From positions 14,384,001 through 14,448,000 of the forward strand of contig OZ024754.1 of the NCBI GenBank assembly GCA_964016885.1: a DNA stretch of 64,000 bases, read 5' to 3'. A program made the translations under genes and the position numbers. The stretch comes from Eledone cirrhosa (taxonomy: Eukaryota). Positions 13,621-28,565 of the stretch are shown here, one piece after another; position 1 is the stretch's first letter, and each line of letters starts with the position of its first letter. The notes under the pieces were generated by a model. It was given only the letters and a program-made list of their open reading frames with translations. It made no database searches and was not told where the DNA came from.

Positions 13621-13755
13621 CATATCTATCTATCTATTTGTCCACCTACCTACCTACCTAGCTACCAACCTACCTACCTATATACCCCTCTCTCTCTCTG
13701 TCTGTCTCTGTCTCTCTCTGTTTTTTTTATATATATATTTATATATATATATATA

Positions 13756-13856
<101 letters not shown>

Positions 13857-13880
13857 TGTATATATATATATATAGAGAGA

Positions 13881-13914
<34 letters not shown>

Positions 13915-13938
13915 TGTATATATATATATATATATAGA

Positions 13939-13982
<44 letters not shown>

Positions 13983-13994
13983 TATATATATACA

Positions 13995-14051
<57 letters not shown>

Positions 14052-14419
14052 CTGTATATATATCTGCTTCTCTCCACCCATCACAGACGCCCCTCCACAC
14101 ATGCCTCCACACAGTGATTACCTACATATTCAGTAACAGAGAGAATAACTACTTCAATAGATTTCAATTACCAGCCAGACGGGAAGATATTGTAATGTAA
14201 ATTTAGAGGTAATGATACGTAGAGAGAGAGAGAGAGAGAGAGATAGAGAGAGGGGGGTGTGAAAGGGGGGGAGACAGACAGACAGAGAGAGAGAGTGAGC
14301 GAGAGAGAGTGAGAGAGAAAGTGGGGAAGAGAGAGAGAGGGCGGGTGTAGGTGTGAAAGGGGGAGACAGACACAGAGAGAGTGAGTGAGAGAGAGAGAGA
14401 GGAGAGGGAGAGAGGAGGT

Positions 14420-15470
14420 TGTGTATCTGTGTGTGTGTGTATGTGTGGGTGTGTGTGTATGTGTGTGTATGCGTGTGTGTGTATGCGTGTGTGTGTATGT
14501 GTGTGTACGTGTGTGTGTACGTGTGTGTGTGTGTACGTGTGTGTACGTATGTGTACGTATGTGTGTGTACGTGTGTGTACGTGTGTGTGTACGTGTGTGT
14601 GTGTACTTATGTGTGCGAGTGTGTAAGGATGTGTGTGTACGTGTGTGTACGTGTGTGTACGTGTGTACGTGTGTGTACGTGTGTGTACGTGTGTGTGCAC
14701 GTGTGTGTGTGTACGTGTGTGTACGTGTGTGTACGTGTGTGTATACGTGTGTGTGTGTACGTATGTGTACGTATGTGTACGTGTGTGTGTACGTGTGTGT
14801 GTACGTGTGTGTGTACGTGTGTATATGTACGGGTGTGTGCGTGTGTGTACGTGTACGTGTGTGTACGTGTGTGTACGTGTGTGTACGTGTGTGTGTACGT
14901 GTGTGTACGTGTGTGTGCACGTGTGTGTGTGTACGTGTGTGTACGTGTGTGTACGTGTGTGTATACGTGTGTGTGTGTACGTATGTGTACGTATGTGTAC
15001 GTATGTGTACGTGTGTGTGTACGTGTGTGTGTACGTGTGTGTGTACGTGTGTATATGTACGGGTGTGTGCGTGTGTGTACGTGTACGTGTGTGTACGTGT
15101 GTGTACGTGTGTGTACGTGTGTGTGTACGTGTGTGTACGTGTGTGTACGTGTGTGTGTACGTGTGTGTGTGTGTACGTGTGTGTGTACGTGTATGTACGT
15201 GTGTGTACGTGTGTGTGTGCGTGTGTGTGTGTGTGTACGTGTGTGTGCGTGAGTGTACGTGTGTGTATACGTGTGTGTGCGTGTACGTGTGTGTACGTGT
15301 GTGTGTGTACGTGTGTGTACGTGTGTGTACGTGTCTGTGTTCGTGTGTGTGTACGTGTGTGTGTACGTATGTGTACGTGTGTGTGTGTACGTGTGTGTGT
15401 GTACGTGTGTGTACGTGTGTGTCTACGTGTGTGTGTGTACGTGTATGCGTGTACTTGTGTGTATATGTAT
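14420..15470. repeat. (GT)n punctuated by GTAC, compound microsatellite
   Basis: Repeated GTGTGTGTAC-type units. Confidence 0.9.
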
Positions 15471-15589
15471 TTCTATGTGTTTATCGTATGTGTGCCTCTT
15501 TAACTCTACATCTATGTATGTAGTGTCGTGGGGACACTGTGTTCTGAGTTCCACTCCCAGGAGGTCTGCTTTCATTTACATAGCTTTGG

Positions 15590-16395
15590 AAAAGCTAAAT
15601 AATTGTTTCTACTTTTGGCACAAGACCAGCAATTATCCCAGTGTATTACTGGTACTTTATTTTATCGACCCTCGTTAGGATGAAAAGCAAAGTTAACCTC
15701 GACGGGATTTGAACTCAGAATGGCAAGGGCCGTAACTCTATGCGTCAAAGCATGGCGTCCGACCCTCTACCGATACTACCAATTCACCACCCTTTGGAAA
15801 AGCTAAATAATTGTTTCTACTTTTGACACAAGGCCAGCAAATACACCAGTACATTACTGGTACTTTATTTTATCGACCGCGTAAGGATGAAAGGCAAAGT
15901 TAACCTCGGCGGGATTTGAACTCAGAATGGCAAGGGCCGTAACTCTATGCTTCAAAGCATGGTGTCCGACTCTCTACCGATACTGTCAATCCAGCTAAAT
16001 AATGATTTCTGATTCAGGCACCAGGCCAACAATCTGAGGGGAGGGGAGGTCGTTTAAATCAACACCAGTGCATTACTGGTACTTTATTTTATCGACCCCG
16101 TAAGGATGAAAGGCTAAGCTAACTACGGCGATTTTTTAAACTCAGAACGTAAGGGCCCCTAACTTTATTCCGCAAAGCATGTTGACCGGCTCTCTACTGA
16201 TACTGCCAATCCACCGCCCTTTCTTTGAAAGGGTGGCTTTTGATTTAGACACAAGGCCAACAATTTTTGGGGTGGGGAAAGTCGATTAAATCCACACCAG
16301 TGCATTACTGATACTTTATTTTATCGACCCCGTAAGGATGATGGGCAAAGCTAACCTCGGCGGGATTTGAACTCACAGCGTAAAGGGACGTAACA
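15590..16395 (-). mobile_element. Tandem array of ~4 tRNA-derived SINEs (Nin-domain-like core)
   Basis: Repeated ACTGGTACTTTATTTTATCGACCCCGTAAGGATGAAAGGCAAAGTTAACCTCGGCGGGATTTGAACTC. Confidence 0.85.
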
Positions 16396-16773
16396 GCCAG
16401 CAATAACCACTGCATCAGGATTAAATTTAAAAGGATTCAGATTTTTATCAGGATGTCAAAGATAAGATGATTAAAAAAAATTAAATTACCTACGGCAATG
16501 TTTGAATTATGTAAAAGAAAAAACAAAAATTATTTGAATATCAAAAGCAGATGCGTAATCAATTGAGAAATATTCAACTATGTTGCGTTTTAAATACATT
16601 AAACCACTTAAGTTGACACGGAGAGACTCATGTCATTACATAATAGACTGAAAGGTTGTTACTGGAGCAAACAAAACAGATCTTTGTCGGACGAACAATC
16701 GATGACGGGAAGAGATGGTGCAAGTGTGATATACAGACAGACAGATAGATAGATATATAAATAGATAGATATA

Positions 16774-18410
16774 TTTCTTTATTAGCCACAAGGGCGCACA
16801 AGAAAAGGTGACAAAACAAAGACACATGCCGTCGATTTTACATACAATCGTGTAAAAATATGAAACAAACAAATATAACAATCGAAATCCCCAATAGGGG
16901 GGAGGCGACACAAATGGGTTGTTTAATACCCCGTAGATAGAACAACCCTCAACTTCAGGAGCGTGTTGTGCAAGGGCTCCTTTCTTCCTTTTGCTCTCTT
17001 CTTTAACCTACAGGCTTATAAACAGAGAAGGCCCAGTCACTCGGGCCATTTTCGCTTCATTGACCCACCTTTCAGTAAATTTACTGGGGTGCATTACCTC
17101 TCTCTCCACTCTGATTCTCCTTCTAAAGTGATACTTAAAGAAGGGAATCAATTGTTGTCCGGAGAGAAAGGCCTCTGTCCCCTGTCCTCTCAATCTTGTC
17201 CACCATATAACTTCTTTCACCATAGCCACTGTACAGAGGAAAACCGCCTCTCTTTCGTTTTTGAAAGAGGCTGGCCGTTTGATCCTTACTATGGACTCGA
17301 CAGTCAACTGGATTTGTCCCATACGCGACAGCAGTTGTTCCGCGTAGTTCCACAGGTCGCTTACGCCCGGGCAGTGTACAAATGCGTGCAAGATGGTTTC
17401 AGTGTCTTGCTCGGATCTTGGACACGTCCTCTTGGAAGGATCCCTGCAGGGGCGTCTGTGCCTGTAGATCTTATCTCGAACGGGTAGAGCTCGTTGGTAG
17501 CACTGCCAGGCCTGGGACCTCTGGAAGTTGTCCATATGTCCCGGGCGGAAAGCCCTACCGAACAGACTGGTGAGCTCGTCGCCTTCGATGCCTAGAGACT
17601 CCCCGAACACGTCGTCGCACTTTTAAAGTACTAACTCTCTATAGAATGTCGAGCAGATGCTGGTGTGCATGGTTGTGATCCAGCTCCGTTCGGTGCACCG
17701 TCGTTCTGCTCAAACAGTCGCGCAAAATGCTGCTGAAAGGCCATGCACATCCGCTTGGGGTCAAGTAGCACGAGTCCGTTTTGGTCTTTCAAAGACCGAA
17801 TCGTGGACTTGTTGCCACTTTTCGCTTCCGCCACTCGGGCCCAGCTAACAACCTTTGCTCCCTCGTTTCGTTTCCTAGAGCACGTGATTTACTTCTGACC
17901 ACACAGCCTTCGTGTTTCGCGTCGAAGAACTGGTCCAGTGCCGTTCTCGATGCTAGCACTCTAGCTGTGTTGCCACTCCTAAGAACCTCTTCTACCGTGG
18001 CTACTATTTCTGTTTCTGACTTGTTTTTCTCTAAAGCTAATTCTCTGCTAAACCCTATCGATTCTACTCTAATTGCTCTCTTGAGAGAGTACCACCATCT
18101 ATTGTTGACGATGGCTCCCGTCAACTCTTGCTTAACTAATCTACTTATCCGTTCACTGTAAGCTTTACGTGCCGGCAACGACACGTTCAGCTTCCAGTAT
18201 CCTTCTCTATGTATTCTATCACGGTTTACTATGCAGATGACTAGTTTGTGATCTGAATAGGAAACCATGTGCATTTGTGGACAGCTTACCATCTTCTTGT
18301 CCTTCTCTCTAATGAAAAACCTATCTAAGTACGATCTAGATGTCTCGCTGTGGTTTGCCCACGTCCACTGTGGTGCAGTTGAGAAATCTAGTCGATATCT
18401 ATCGGGGGAC
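16774..18410 (-). mobile_element. Internally deleted Tx1 LINE (endonuclease fused to C-terminus, RT missing)
   Basis: APE motifs PQWTW, YLDRFF, SDHKLV and GYWKLN (~18190-18370) and the following linker are joined near 17630 to the zinc-knuckle C-terminus. The 3' end abuts (GATA)n. Confidence 0.85.
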
Positions 18411-18527
18411 GAGGAAGAGATTAAGGAAAGATATTATGAAGAATCTGGTGAGGTTTTGTGGTGAGAGGGGAAATAGGTAGATGTAAGTTGTTACATACAC
18501 TGGTTGGTTAACACAGATTTACAAAAG

Positions 18528-18736
18528 CAACAACAACAACAACAACAGTATACCAACAACAACAGCTACATCAACACCAACGGCTACACCACCACCACCA
18601 CCACCACCACCACCAACAACAGCAATGCCAACAACAACAACAGCTACATCAACACCAACTGCTACACCACCACCACCACCACCACCATCAACAGTATACC
18701 AACAACAATAACAGCTACATCAACACCAACGACTAC

Positions 18737-18767
<31 letters not shown>

Positions 18768-18793
18768 GCTACACCACCACCACCACCACCACC

Positions 18794-18825
<32 letters not shown>

Positions 18826-19226
18826 CAGCAATGCCAACAACAACAACAGCTATATCAACACCAACGAGTACACCACCACCACCACCTCCACCACCACCAC
18901 CATCGACAACAACATTAACAACAACAACACCAACAACAACAGCATTAACAACAGCAACAACAACAACAAAAACAGCAGCAACAGCAGTAACACCACTACC
19001 ACCACCACCACCAACAAAACTATTAACAACAACAGCAGCAACAGCAGTAACACCAGCAACAACAGCAATAACAACAACAACAACAACAGCAGCAACAGCA
19101 GTAACACCACTACCACCACCACCACCACCACCACCACCAACAAAACTATTAACAACAACAGCAGCACCAGCAGTAACACTAGCAACAACAGCAACAATAT
19201 CAACAAGAACTACAACAACAACAGCC
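18528..19226. repeat. (CAA/CCA/CAG)n trinucleotide mosaic
   Basis: Low-complexity triplet repeats. Confidence 0.9.
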
Positions 19227-19425
19227 TCTAGTAGTGGATAGCGCCAGGTAGTGGTGGTGGCGGTGGGGAGGTAGGAAATGGCAAATATAGGCCGTAAAAA
19301 CTTCCTCTGTAAAGGTCAGGAGGAAGATATATAAATGATAAATAAAGGGGGAAAACAACATATATAATATATATATATATGTTTATATACATACATATAC
19401 ATAAATATACATTTATATATATATT

Positions 19426-19460
<35 letters not shown>

Positions 19461-19490
19461 GTTTATGTGCATACATATACATAATTATAC

Positions 19491-19554
<64 letters not shown>

Positions 19555-19758
19555 TACATACATACATATACATATAAATATACATATACATAAATATATA
19601 TATACACATACATATACATTCATATATATCTACATACATATATAAATATTCATATATAAATATTCATATATACATATACATACATATAAACATCCATACG
19701 TATATAAATATACATACATGTATCCATATATATGCATGTATAAATATATGTACACACT

Positions 19759-19847
<89 letters not shown>

Positions 19848-19849
19848 AA

Positions 19850-20045
19850 ATGTAGTAATTCCATCGGAAAGGTCCAGGAAAAAAGAGTGCTCTATGTAGG
19901 TTACAGAGCTTAATAGTTATGTAATAAACAACATCAGATAATTATTTCATTTACCAGTGGTTTCTTGAAAGCAAACAAATCTGCTTTCAGTCAAGAAACC
20001 ACTGGTAAATGAAATACTTATCTTATGTTGTTTATTACATAATTA
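19850..20045 (-). mobile_element. Family G fold-back element (hammerhead 3' half)
   Basis: Inverted repeat 19918-19975 / 19983-20042. Each arm carries a GAAA-TA..TA-TC motif. Sits between microsatellites. Confidence 0.5.
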
Positions 20046-20124
20046 TATATATATATATATATAATACATAGAATGCATAATAAATATATGCACATGTATA
20101 TGGTATATGGGTTTGAATAAATGT

Positions 20125-21157
20125 GGTGTATGTTGTTATGGCAGTGTTGTAGTGGTGTTGTATGTTGTTATGGCAGTGTTGTAGTGGTGTTGTATGTTGT
20201 TATGGTATGGTAGTGTTGTAGTGGTAGTGTATGTTGTTATGGTAGTGTTGTAGTGGTGTTGTATGTTGTTATGGTATGGTAGTGTTGTAGTGATAGTGTA
20301 TGTTGTTATGGTAGTGTTGTAGTGGTGTTGTATGTTGTTATGGCAGTGTTGTATGTTGTTATGGTATAGTAGTGTTGTAGTGGTAGTGTATGTTGTTATG
20401 GTATGGTAGTGTTGTAGTGGTGTTGTATGTTGTTATGGCAGTGTTGTAGTGGTGTTGTATGTTGTTATGATAGTGTTGTAGTGGTGGTGTATGTTGTTAT
20501 GGCAGTGTTGTAGTGGTGTTGTATGTTGTTATGGTATGGTAGTGTTGTAGTGGTAGTGTATGTTGTTATGGTAGTGTTGTAGTGGTGGTGTATGTTGTTA
20601 TGGCAGTGTTGTAGTGGTGTTGTATGTTGTTATGGTATGGTAGTGTTGTAGTGGTAGTGTATGTTGTTATGGTAGTGTTGTAGTGGTGGTGTATGTTGTT
20701 ATGGCAGTGTTGTAGTGGTGTTGTATGTTGTTATGGTATGGTAGTGTTGTAGTGGTAGTGTATGTTGTTATGGCAGTGTTGTAGTGGTGTTGTATGTTGT
20801 TATGGTATGGTAGTGTTGTAGTGGTAGTGTATGTTGTTATGGTAGTGTTGTAGTGGTGGTGTATGTTGTTATGGCAGTGTTGTAGTGGTGTTGTATGTTG
20901 TTATGGTATGGTAGTGTTGTAGTGGTAGTGTATGTTGTTATGGTAGTGTTGTAGTGGTGGTGTATGTTGTTATGGTATGGTAGTGTTGTAGTGGTAGTGT
21001 ATGTTGTTATGGTAGTGTTGTAGTGGTAGTGTATGTTGTTATGGCAGTGTTGTAGTGGTGTTGTATGTTGCTATGGTATGGTAGTGTTGTAGTGGTAGTG
21101 TATGTTGTTATGGTAGTGTTGTAGTGGTGGTGTATTTTGTTATGTATGTTGTTATGT
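20125..21157. repeat. Minisatellite, 32/37-bp unit
   Basis: Repeated GTAGTGGTGTTGTATGTTGTTATGG(TATGG)CAGTGTT. Confidence 0.92.
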
Positions 21158-21339
21158 CTTCATTACGCTTATTGAGTAGTGACGCGCGTTCGATTTGTAT
21201 CAAGCGGTTTCGGCTTGCGACACAAGCAGGAAGCACTTGGCTCCGCGGTCGGGATTTAATATATCTCTGTACATACTCAGTATCTATCCATGTATTGAGT
21301 ACTGCCATGATTAGTGGTCTTCCCCGTCTCAGCACCACA

Positions 21340-21417
<78 letters not shown>

Positions 21418-21651
21418 ATATATATATATATATCGTGGCAAGTTGCACGAGGGAGGTGCAGGATAAAGATGAGGGAATGTGTGGAGAAAAAGACTGTTTG
21501 ATAAACATGTCGTATATATATGTAAACAGACTGATAACTTTACTGGAATATAAATATATTGCTGGAATCTTTGGAGCAGATATAGAAGTTAAAGTACGAA
21601 TGGAGTGACATAATCTCTCTCTCTCTCCCTCCCCCTCCCTCTCTATCCCCC

Positions 21652-21688
<37 letters not shown>

Positions 21689-21692
21689 CCCG

Positions 21693-21732
<40 letters not shown>

Positions 21733-21734
<2 letters not shown>

Positions 21735-21924
21735 CGGATTCAATCGGCGGTAATCACAGTAAGTAAGGTACTCGATACATAGCAGGGTATAAATATTTAA
21801 TATAGAAATGGCTTCTACAGCACTAGAACTGTTTCTTTCGGGAGAAATCATCAGGTCGGCTTCCTCATGATTTCCTCCGAATGACACCGTTTGAGTCCTG
21901 TAGAAGCCATTTCTATATTGAATA

Positions 21925-21925
<1 letters not shown>
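21733..21925 (-). mobile_element. Family A fold-back element with two opposed hammerhead copies
   Basis: Minus strand: CTGATGA-TTTC-TCCC-GAAA-GAAA-CAG-TTCTAGTG-CTG-TA-GAAGCC (21810-21854). The plus strand has a degenerate copy at 21858-21908. Confidence 0.75.
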
Positions 21926-21957
<32 letters not shown>

Positions 21958-21988
21958 TTCTACATATAAACTTATAAGTATGTATATG

Positions 21989-22030
<42 letters not shown>

Positions 22031-22067
22031 CATATATATATACATATATATACATATACATATATTC

Positions 22068-22194
<127 letters not shown>

Positions 22195-22309
22195 GATATA
22201 TAGATAGATATATATGAATATATATACATAAATATATATACACATATATACATACACACATATATATATATATAAATATATATATATATAAATGCATACA
22301 TATATACAT

Positions 22310-22363
<54 letters not shown>

Positions 22364-22367
22364 TTAC

Positions 22368-22398
<31 letters not shown>

Positions 22399-22411
22399 CA
22401 TATATATATAC

Positions 22412-22446
<35 letters not shown>

Positions 22447-22477
22447 CACATATATATATATAAACATATATATATAC

Positions 22478-22526
<49 letters not shown>

Positions 22527-22555
22527 CACATATATATATATATATAAACATATAT

Positions 22556-22652
<97 letters not shown>

Positions 22653-22769
22653 GGTATGTGTGTGGGACCTTTCTTACAGTAGGTGATCCTCTGTTTCAGT
22701 GCAAGTAATTGTATTTATTCTAACATGTTTATCTTACCGGATAAACAGCTACATTAGAGTACAGTATTA

Positions 22770-23679
22770 TCATACACACACACTATATAACCAACACATA
22801 TACACACACTCACATACACATATATACACATGTACACACACTCAAACACATATACACACACTCACATACACATATATACACATGTACACACACTCAAACA
22901 CACACACACACACTCATATACACATATATACACATGTACACGCACTCAAACACACACATATATACACATATACACGCAAACACACGCTCACATATATAGA
23001 CATGTACACACATACGCACACATATAGACACTCAAACGCACACGCACACACATACACACACACACACAAACACACACATACACACATACACGCATACACA
23101 CATACACACATACAAACACAGACATACACACACATACACACGTACACACAAACACACACATGCACACATACACACATACACACATACACACACACGGACA
23201 TACACACACACACACACACACAAACAAACACACACATACACACAAACACACACATACACACATACACAAAAAACCCACACATACACACATACACGCATAC
23301 ACACATACAAACACACACATACACACGTACGCAAACACACACACACACACACACATATACATACATACGCACATACGGACACACACACACACACATATAC
23401 ATACATACGCACATACGGACACACACACACACTCCTACACGCATACACACATACACACATACAAACACACACATACACACGTACACACAAACACACACAT
23501 ACACACATACACACATACATACACACACACATACACACACTCATACACGCATACACACATACACAAACACACACATACACACAAACACACACATACACAC
23601 ACACAAAAACCCCACACATACACACATACACGCATACACACATGCACACATACAAACACACACATACACACGTACGCAA

Positions 23680-23712
<33 letters not shown>

Positions 23713-24052
23713 TACGCACATACGGACACACACACACACACACACTCATACATACACACACACATACACACACACACTCATACACGCATACACACATACA
23801 CAAACACACACATACACACAAACACACACATACACACATACACGCATACACACATGCACACATACAAACACACACATACACACGTACGGACACACACACA
23901 AACACACACATACACACGTGCACACAAACCCACACATACACACATACAAACACACACATACACACAAACACACACAAACACACACACACACATACACACA
24001 TACACGCATACACACATACACACATACAAACACACACATACACACGTACACA

Positions 24053-24090
<38 letters not shown>
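22770..24090. repeat. Degenerate (CA)n with higher-order duplication
   Basis: CA/TA/CG mosaic. It is the source of the 702-aa pseudo-ORF. Confidence 0.9.
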
Positions 24091-24092
<2 letters not shown>

Positions 24093-24365
24093 GAGTGAGC
24101 CAATATTGTTTGTTGTTTGGACACTGGGAATATATGAAGCATTGTTGAGGAGATCAAACAACATTTGGAGAATTTGTTTAAGGCCAGACTTATTCACAGT
24201 CAGCACAGGAGGTGATATATATATATGTATATATATATATATATGTATGTATATATATACATATATGTATGTATATATATATGTATGTATATATATATAT
24301 ATATATGTATGTATATATATATGTATGTATATATATATGTATGTATATATATATATATATGTATG

Positions 24366-24396
<31 letters not shown>

Positions 24397-24464
24397 ATGG
24401 GTATGTATATGTGTATGTACGTATGTACACACACAAATACACATTATACATACATACTTGTATG

Positions 24465-24504
<40 letters not shown>

Positions 24505-24561
24505 GGTGGGTCTGTGTGTATATTTGCGTGTCTGTATATATATATATGTATGAATATGTGC

Positions 24562-24625
<64 letters not shown>

Positions 24626-24690
24626 GCATATATGTATGTATATATATCTATGTATACGTATATATATGTATATATATATGTATATATATG

Positions 24691-24721
<31 letters not shown>

Positions 24722-24866
24722 GTATATATATAAGTATATATATGCAAGTATGTATGTGTTTATATATATATATATGTGTATATATGTATATATATATATA
24801 TATGTAAGTATGTATGTGTGTGTATATATATGTATATAGATATGCAAGTATCTATGTATGTATATG

Positions 24867-24901
<35 letters not shown>

Positions 24902-25109
24902 CACTATTTCAATAGGTGTGTAAGGCCAACTCACCATAAAAAAGAAATTATCAGCCTCTAAAACAATACAAAGGTGGTGGTATAACCGCACACATATGTA
25001 TATCAATATATATAAACACACACTCTCTTATATATATATGTATATATATATATATACGCATGTATTTATATATATATATATATATGTATGTGTATATAAA
25101 TATATGTAT

Positions 25110-25171
<62 letters not shown>

Positions 25172-25944
25172 GATGTATAAATGAATACACACACATACAC
25201 ACACATACACACACATACACATACACACACATACACACACATACACACACATACACATACACACACATACACATACACACACATACACACACATACACAT
25301 ACACACACATACACACACAGACACACACATACACACACACATACATATATACACGCGTGTAATATAAGAGATATCAAAATGCGTCGAAAACGTATTTATC
25401 CAAGGAAGTAAATCAGTCAAGATTTGTAGACTAAACATTTTTAGAACAAAGCCTCAAAGAGCTGCCATTGCCCTAGAAGAAACTTTAAATGTTATAAACA
25501 ATTGAAATCTGTCAGAACCTTAGACACAATCATCTAAATGTTGGCCCAACATCATATATATTCTGCAGGCTCTTTGTCATTTGTCTTTTGTTTAACCCCT
25601 TTGTTACAGTATTTCTAATGAAATACACTGCCTATGTTTATAATCTTCATACATTTTCGAAGCTCTGAGATATTTGAAATTTGAAAATGTTTGAGAATCC
25701 CAAACACAAAATACTACCCTAATAAATTCGGTCCCTATAGATATTAGTGGAAAAAATTGGGTAAATTCTCCTTAAAAGCGGTTAAAAAGAAGAGTCTTTG
25801 TTAATTTTGTTCCGTCTCTCCGAGTAATTTACTTAATTTTCTCAACTGTTATCTATAGCAGCGTTTCTCAGCCTGTTTACCCTTGTGAAACCCTTGAAAT
25901 AGTTTTCACGGAAACCTTACATATAAATTATTATCTATCATTCA

Positions 25945-26347
25945 GTATCAGTAGAGGGTCGGACGCCATGCTTTCCAGCATAGTTACGTCCCTTTACGAT
26001 CTGAGTTCAAATCCCGCCGAGGTTAACTTTGCCTTTCATCCTTACGGGGTCGATAAACTAAAGTACCAGTAATGCACTGGGATAATTGCTGGCCTTGTGC
26101 CTAAAGTAGAAACAATTACTAAAAAATACGGCGGTGGTATGGCAGTATTGGTAGAGGGTCGGGTGCCATGCTTTGCAGCATAGAGTTACGGCCCTTTATG
26201 CTCTGAGTTCAAATCCCGCCGAAGTTAACTTTGCCTTTCATCCTTATGGAGTCGATAAAATAAAGTACCAGTCACGCACTGGGGTCGATTTAATCGACTT
26301 TCCCCTCCCCCAAAATTGCTGATCTTGTGCCTATATAAGAAACCATT
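25945..26347 (+). mobile_element. Two tandem tRNA-derived SINEs
   Basis: A/B boxes plus the GCCTTTCATCCTTACGGGGTCGATAAA core. Confidence 0.85.
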
Positions 26348-26822
26348 TTGTATTATATTTCAATAAATTTTGAAAATATCTCAAATGTTTGGAAGAATTT
26401 AATGAAAAAACAAAACAAAAAAACAAACTAACTCTTTTATTGGTAAGCTAATGCTTGGAGCATAACTTAAACACTTAAATATAATTATGGAATGTTTTAA
26501 TGTAACTGAGAAGATTTAAAAATAAACAGTTTTGTAATATAAAACCAGAGCAATTTACGCCGCTTTTGTATCAAAAGGGTTAGGATTGATGCCTTTGCTA
26601 AGAGGGTTAATGTGAGGACTTCTGTACATTAGCAAATATATGTTTCTCATCTTCCTCAGTCCGGGATACGCTTTTAATTCCGGCTTCTGGTTATTGCTGC
26701 TTCTCGCTGATTTCAATAATCTTTCCCAGAAAGACATGAAATACTAGCATTTCCTTATTCTTCATTCTTGTGAAAATGTGAGGGTTTTTTTTAAGTGAGA
26801 AGCACACAAACACGCACCCCTC

Positions 26823-26888
<66 letters not shown>

Positions 26889-26996
26889 GAGGGGTGCGTG
26901 TTTGTGTGCTTCTCACTTTAAAAAAACTCACATTTTGTGTGTGTGTGTGTGTGTGTATGTGTGTATGATTTTCTGTTTGTATGTGTATGCGTATAT

Positions 26997-27067
<71 letters not shown>

Positions 27068-27855
27068 GTATGTGTGTGTGTGCGTGTGTGTGTGTTTGTG
27101 TATATGTGTGTGTTCGTGTGTATAAGCGTGTGCGTACGTGCGTGTATAACAATGAACAGATGCTTCTTGAAATGTTAACGTAGCGTACTCAAGCGTTTCT
27201 TCAAAGCGGCCATTATTTGTATTCTATGTCATTTAGCTCCCTGTATACATTGGCCCTCAACACCTGGTCTGCACACAGGTTTCATCCAGAGAGAAAGAGG
27301 GTGTGTGTGAGAGAGAGAGAGGGGTGGGGTGAGAGAGGGGGTGAGAGAGAGAGGAGGAGAGAGAGAGAGGGGGTAAGATAGAGAGAGGAAGAGAGTGAAA
27401 GATAGCGGAAATGAGAAAAAGATATATAGGAAACATCGACTCCAGTATTGGTTCTTTATTTATCGACCTCAAAAAGGATGAAAGGCAAAGTTAACTTCGG
27501 AGAAATAAGGGTTCTATCTGGAGCAACTCTCTGATCACCGAGCAACCTCCTTTGCACGGGATAACAAGGGAGGTGTTCAGGGACCTGTTCGAAAACATAT
27601 TGCAGTCTCCACCCAATGCTGCAAGAAATGGCGACGGGTGTGCAACCTATCCTGAGTGGCGTAGGATTGACACACAAAGCTTGCATATCTGGGACCCCAA
27701 AGAGGGTCCAAAAGAGGGTCCAAAAGAGCAAACCATCGATACAACTGAAACGATACAAACCTTATACAATTATTTGGAAATTGAATTTTCAATTTTCTAC
27801 ATAATAGCTTGCTAAATAAGAGTACAAAATACTTTTAAATGTTTATATTAAATCT

Positions 27856-27910
27856 CATCTGAAGAGGGATGGGCTACACCCGGTTTAAGGTATCCGAGAC
27901 ACATGTTATT
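27856..27910 (+). ncRNA. Degenerate hammerhead (GAGA for GAAA), possibly at a Penelope 3' end
   Basis: AT-CTGAAGA-GGGAT..ATCC-GAGA-CACATG-TT-AT. It is preceded by TTG CTA AAT AAG AGT (LLNKS), which resembles a Penelope ORF C-terminus. Confidence 0.4.
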
Positions 27911-28276
27911 ATGGCGCTCCTCCGACTCCATCAAGAGTTATGGCTGAATTCATACATTAAATCTCAACTTTCGTCTCACTCAATTTACTTTTTATTCTGG
28001 GTTTCAATCACGGAAGAAACATTATTTACAGTATGTCACATCAGAGAGATTTTTTCTAACATCCTGTTCTGTTAATAGTTTAAAATCAAAGGACGATTAT
28101 CGATGAGGCGCGTGCTTTGATTGATATATATATGTATGTATGTTTGTATGTATGTGTATGCGTATACATACATACACATATATATATATATATATACATA
28201 CATACATCTCCCTCCATCCCTCCACCCTCTCTCTCTTTATATATATATATCAATATATACATCAATATATATATAT

Positions 28277-28369
<93 letters not shown>

Positions 28370-28492
28370 CGTATATATATATATATATATATATACGTAT
28401 ATATATATATACATATATACTTATATATATATATATATATTGATATATATATATACATATATACATATATATATAAATATATATATATATAA

Positions 28493-28565
<73 letters not shown>

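Noticed and set aside
18504-19241. Mucin-like T/P-rich ORF
   Set aside because: It is a pure CAA/CCA triplet mosaic with no splice or signal-peptide evidence.
22699-24807. 702-aa ORF and the many YI/HT/CV/MV/TI-rich ORFs
   Set aside because: These are translations of di- and trinucleotide repeats lacking stops, with no domain content.
26555-26760. Possible host exon (minus MSFWERLLKS.. or plus PGYAFNSGFW.. after a pyrimidine tract and AG)
   Set aside because: It is short, with no recognisable homology and no partner exons; RNA-seq would be needed.
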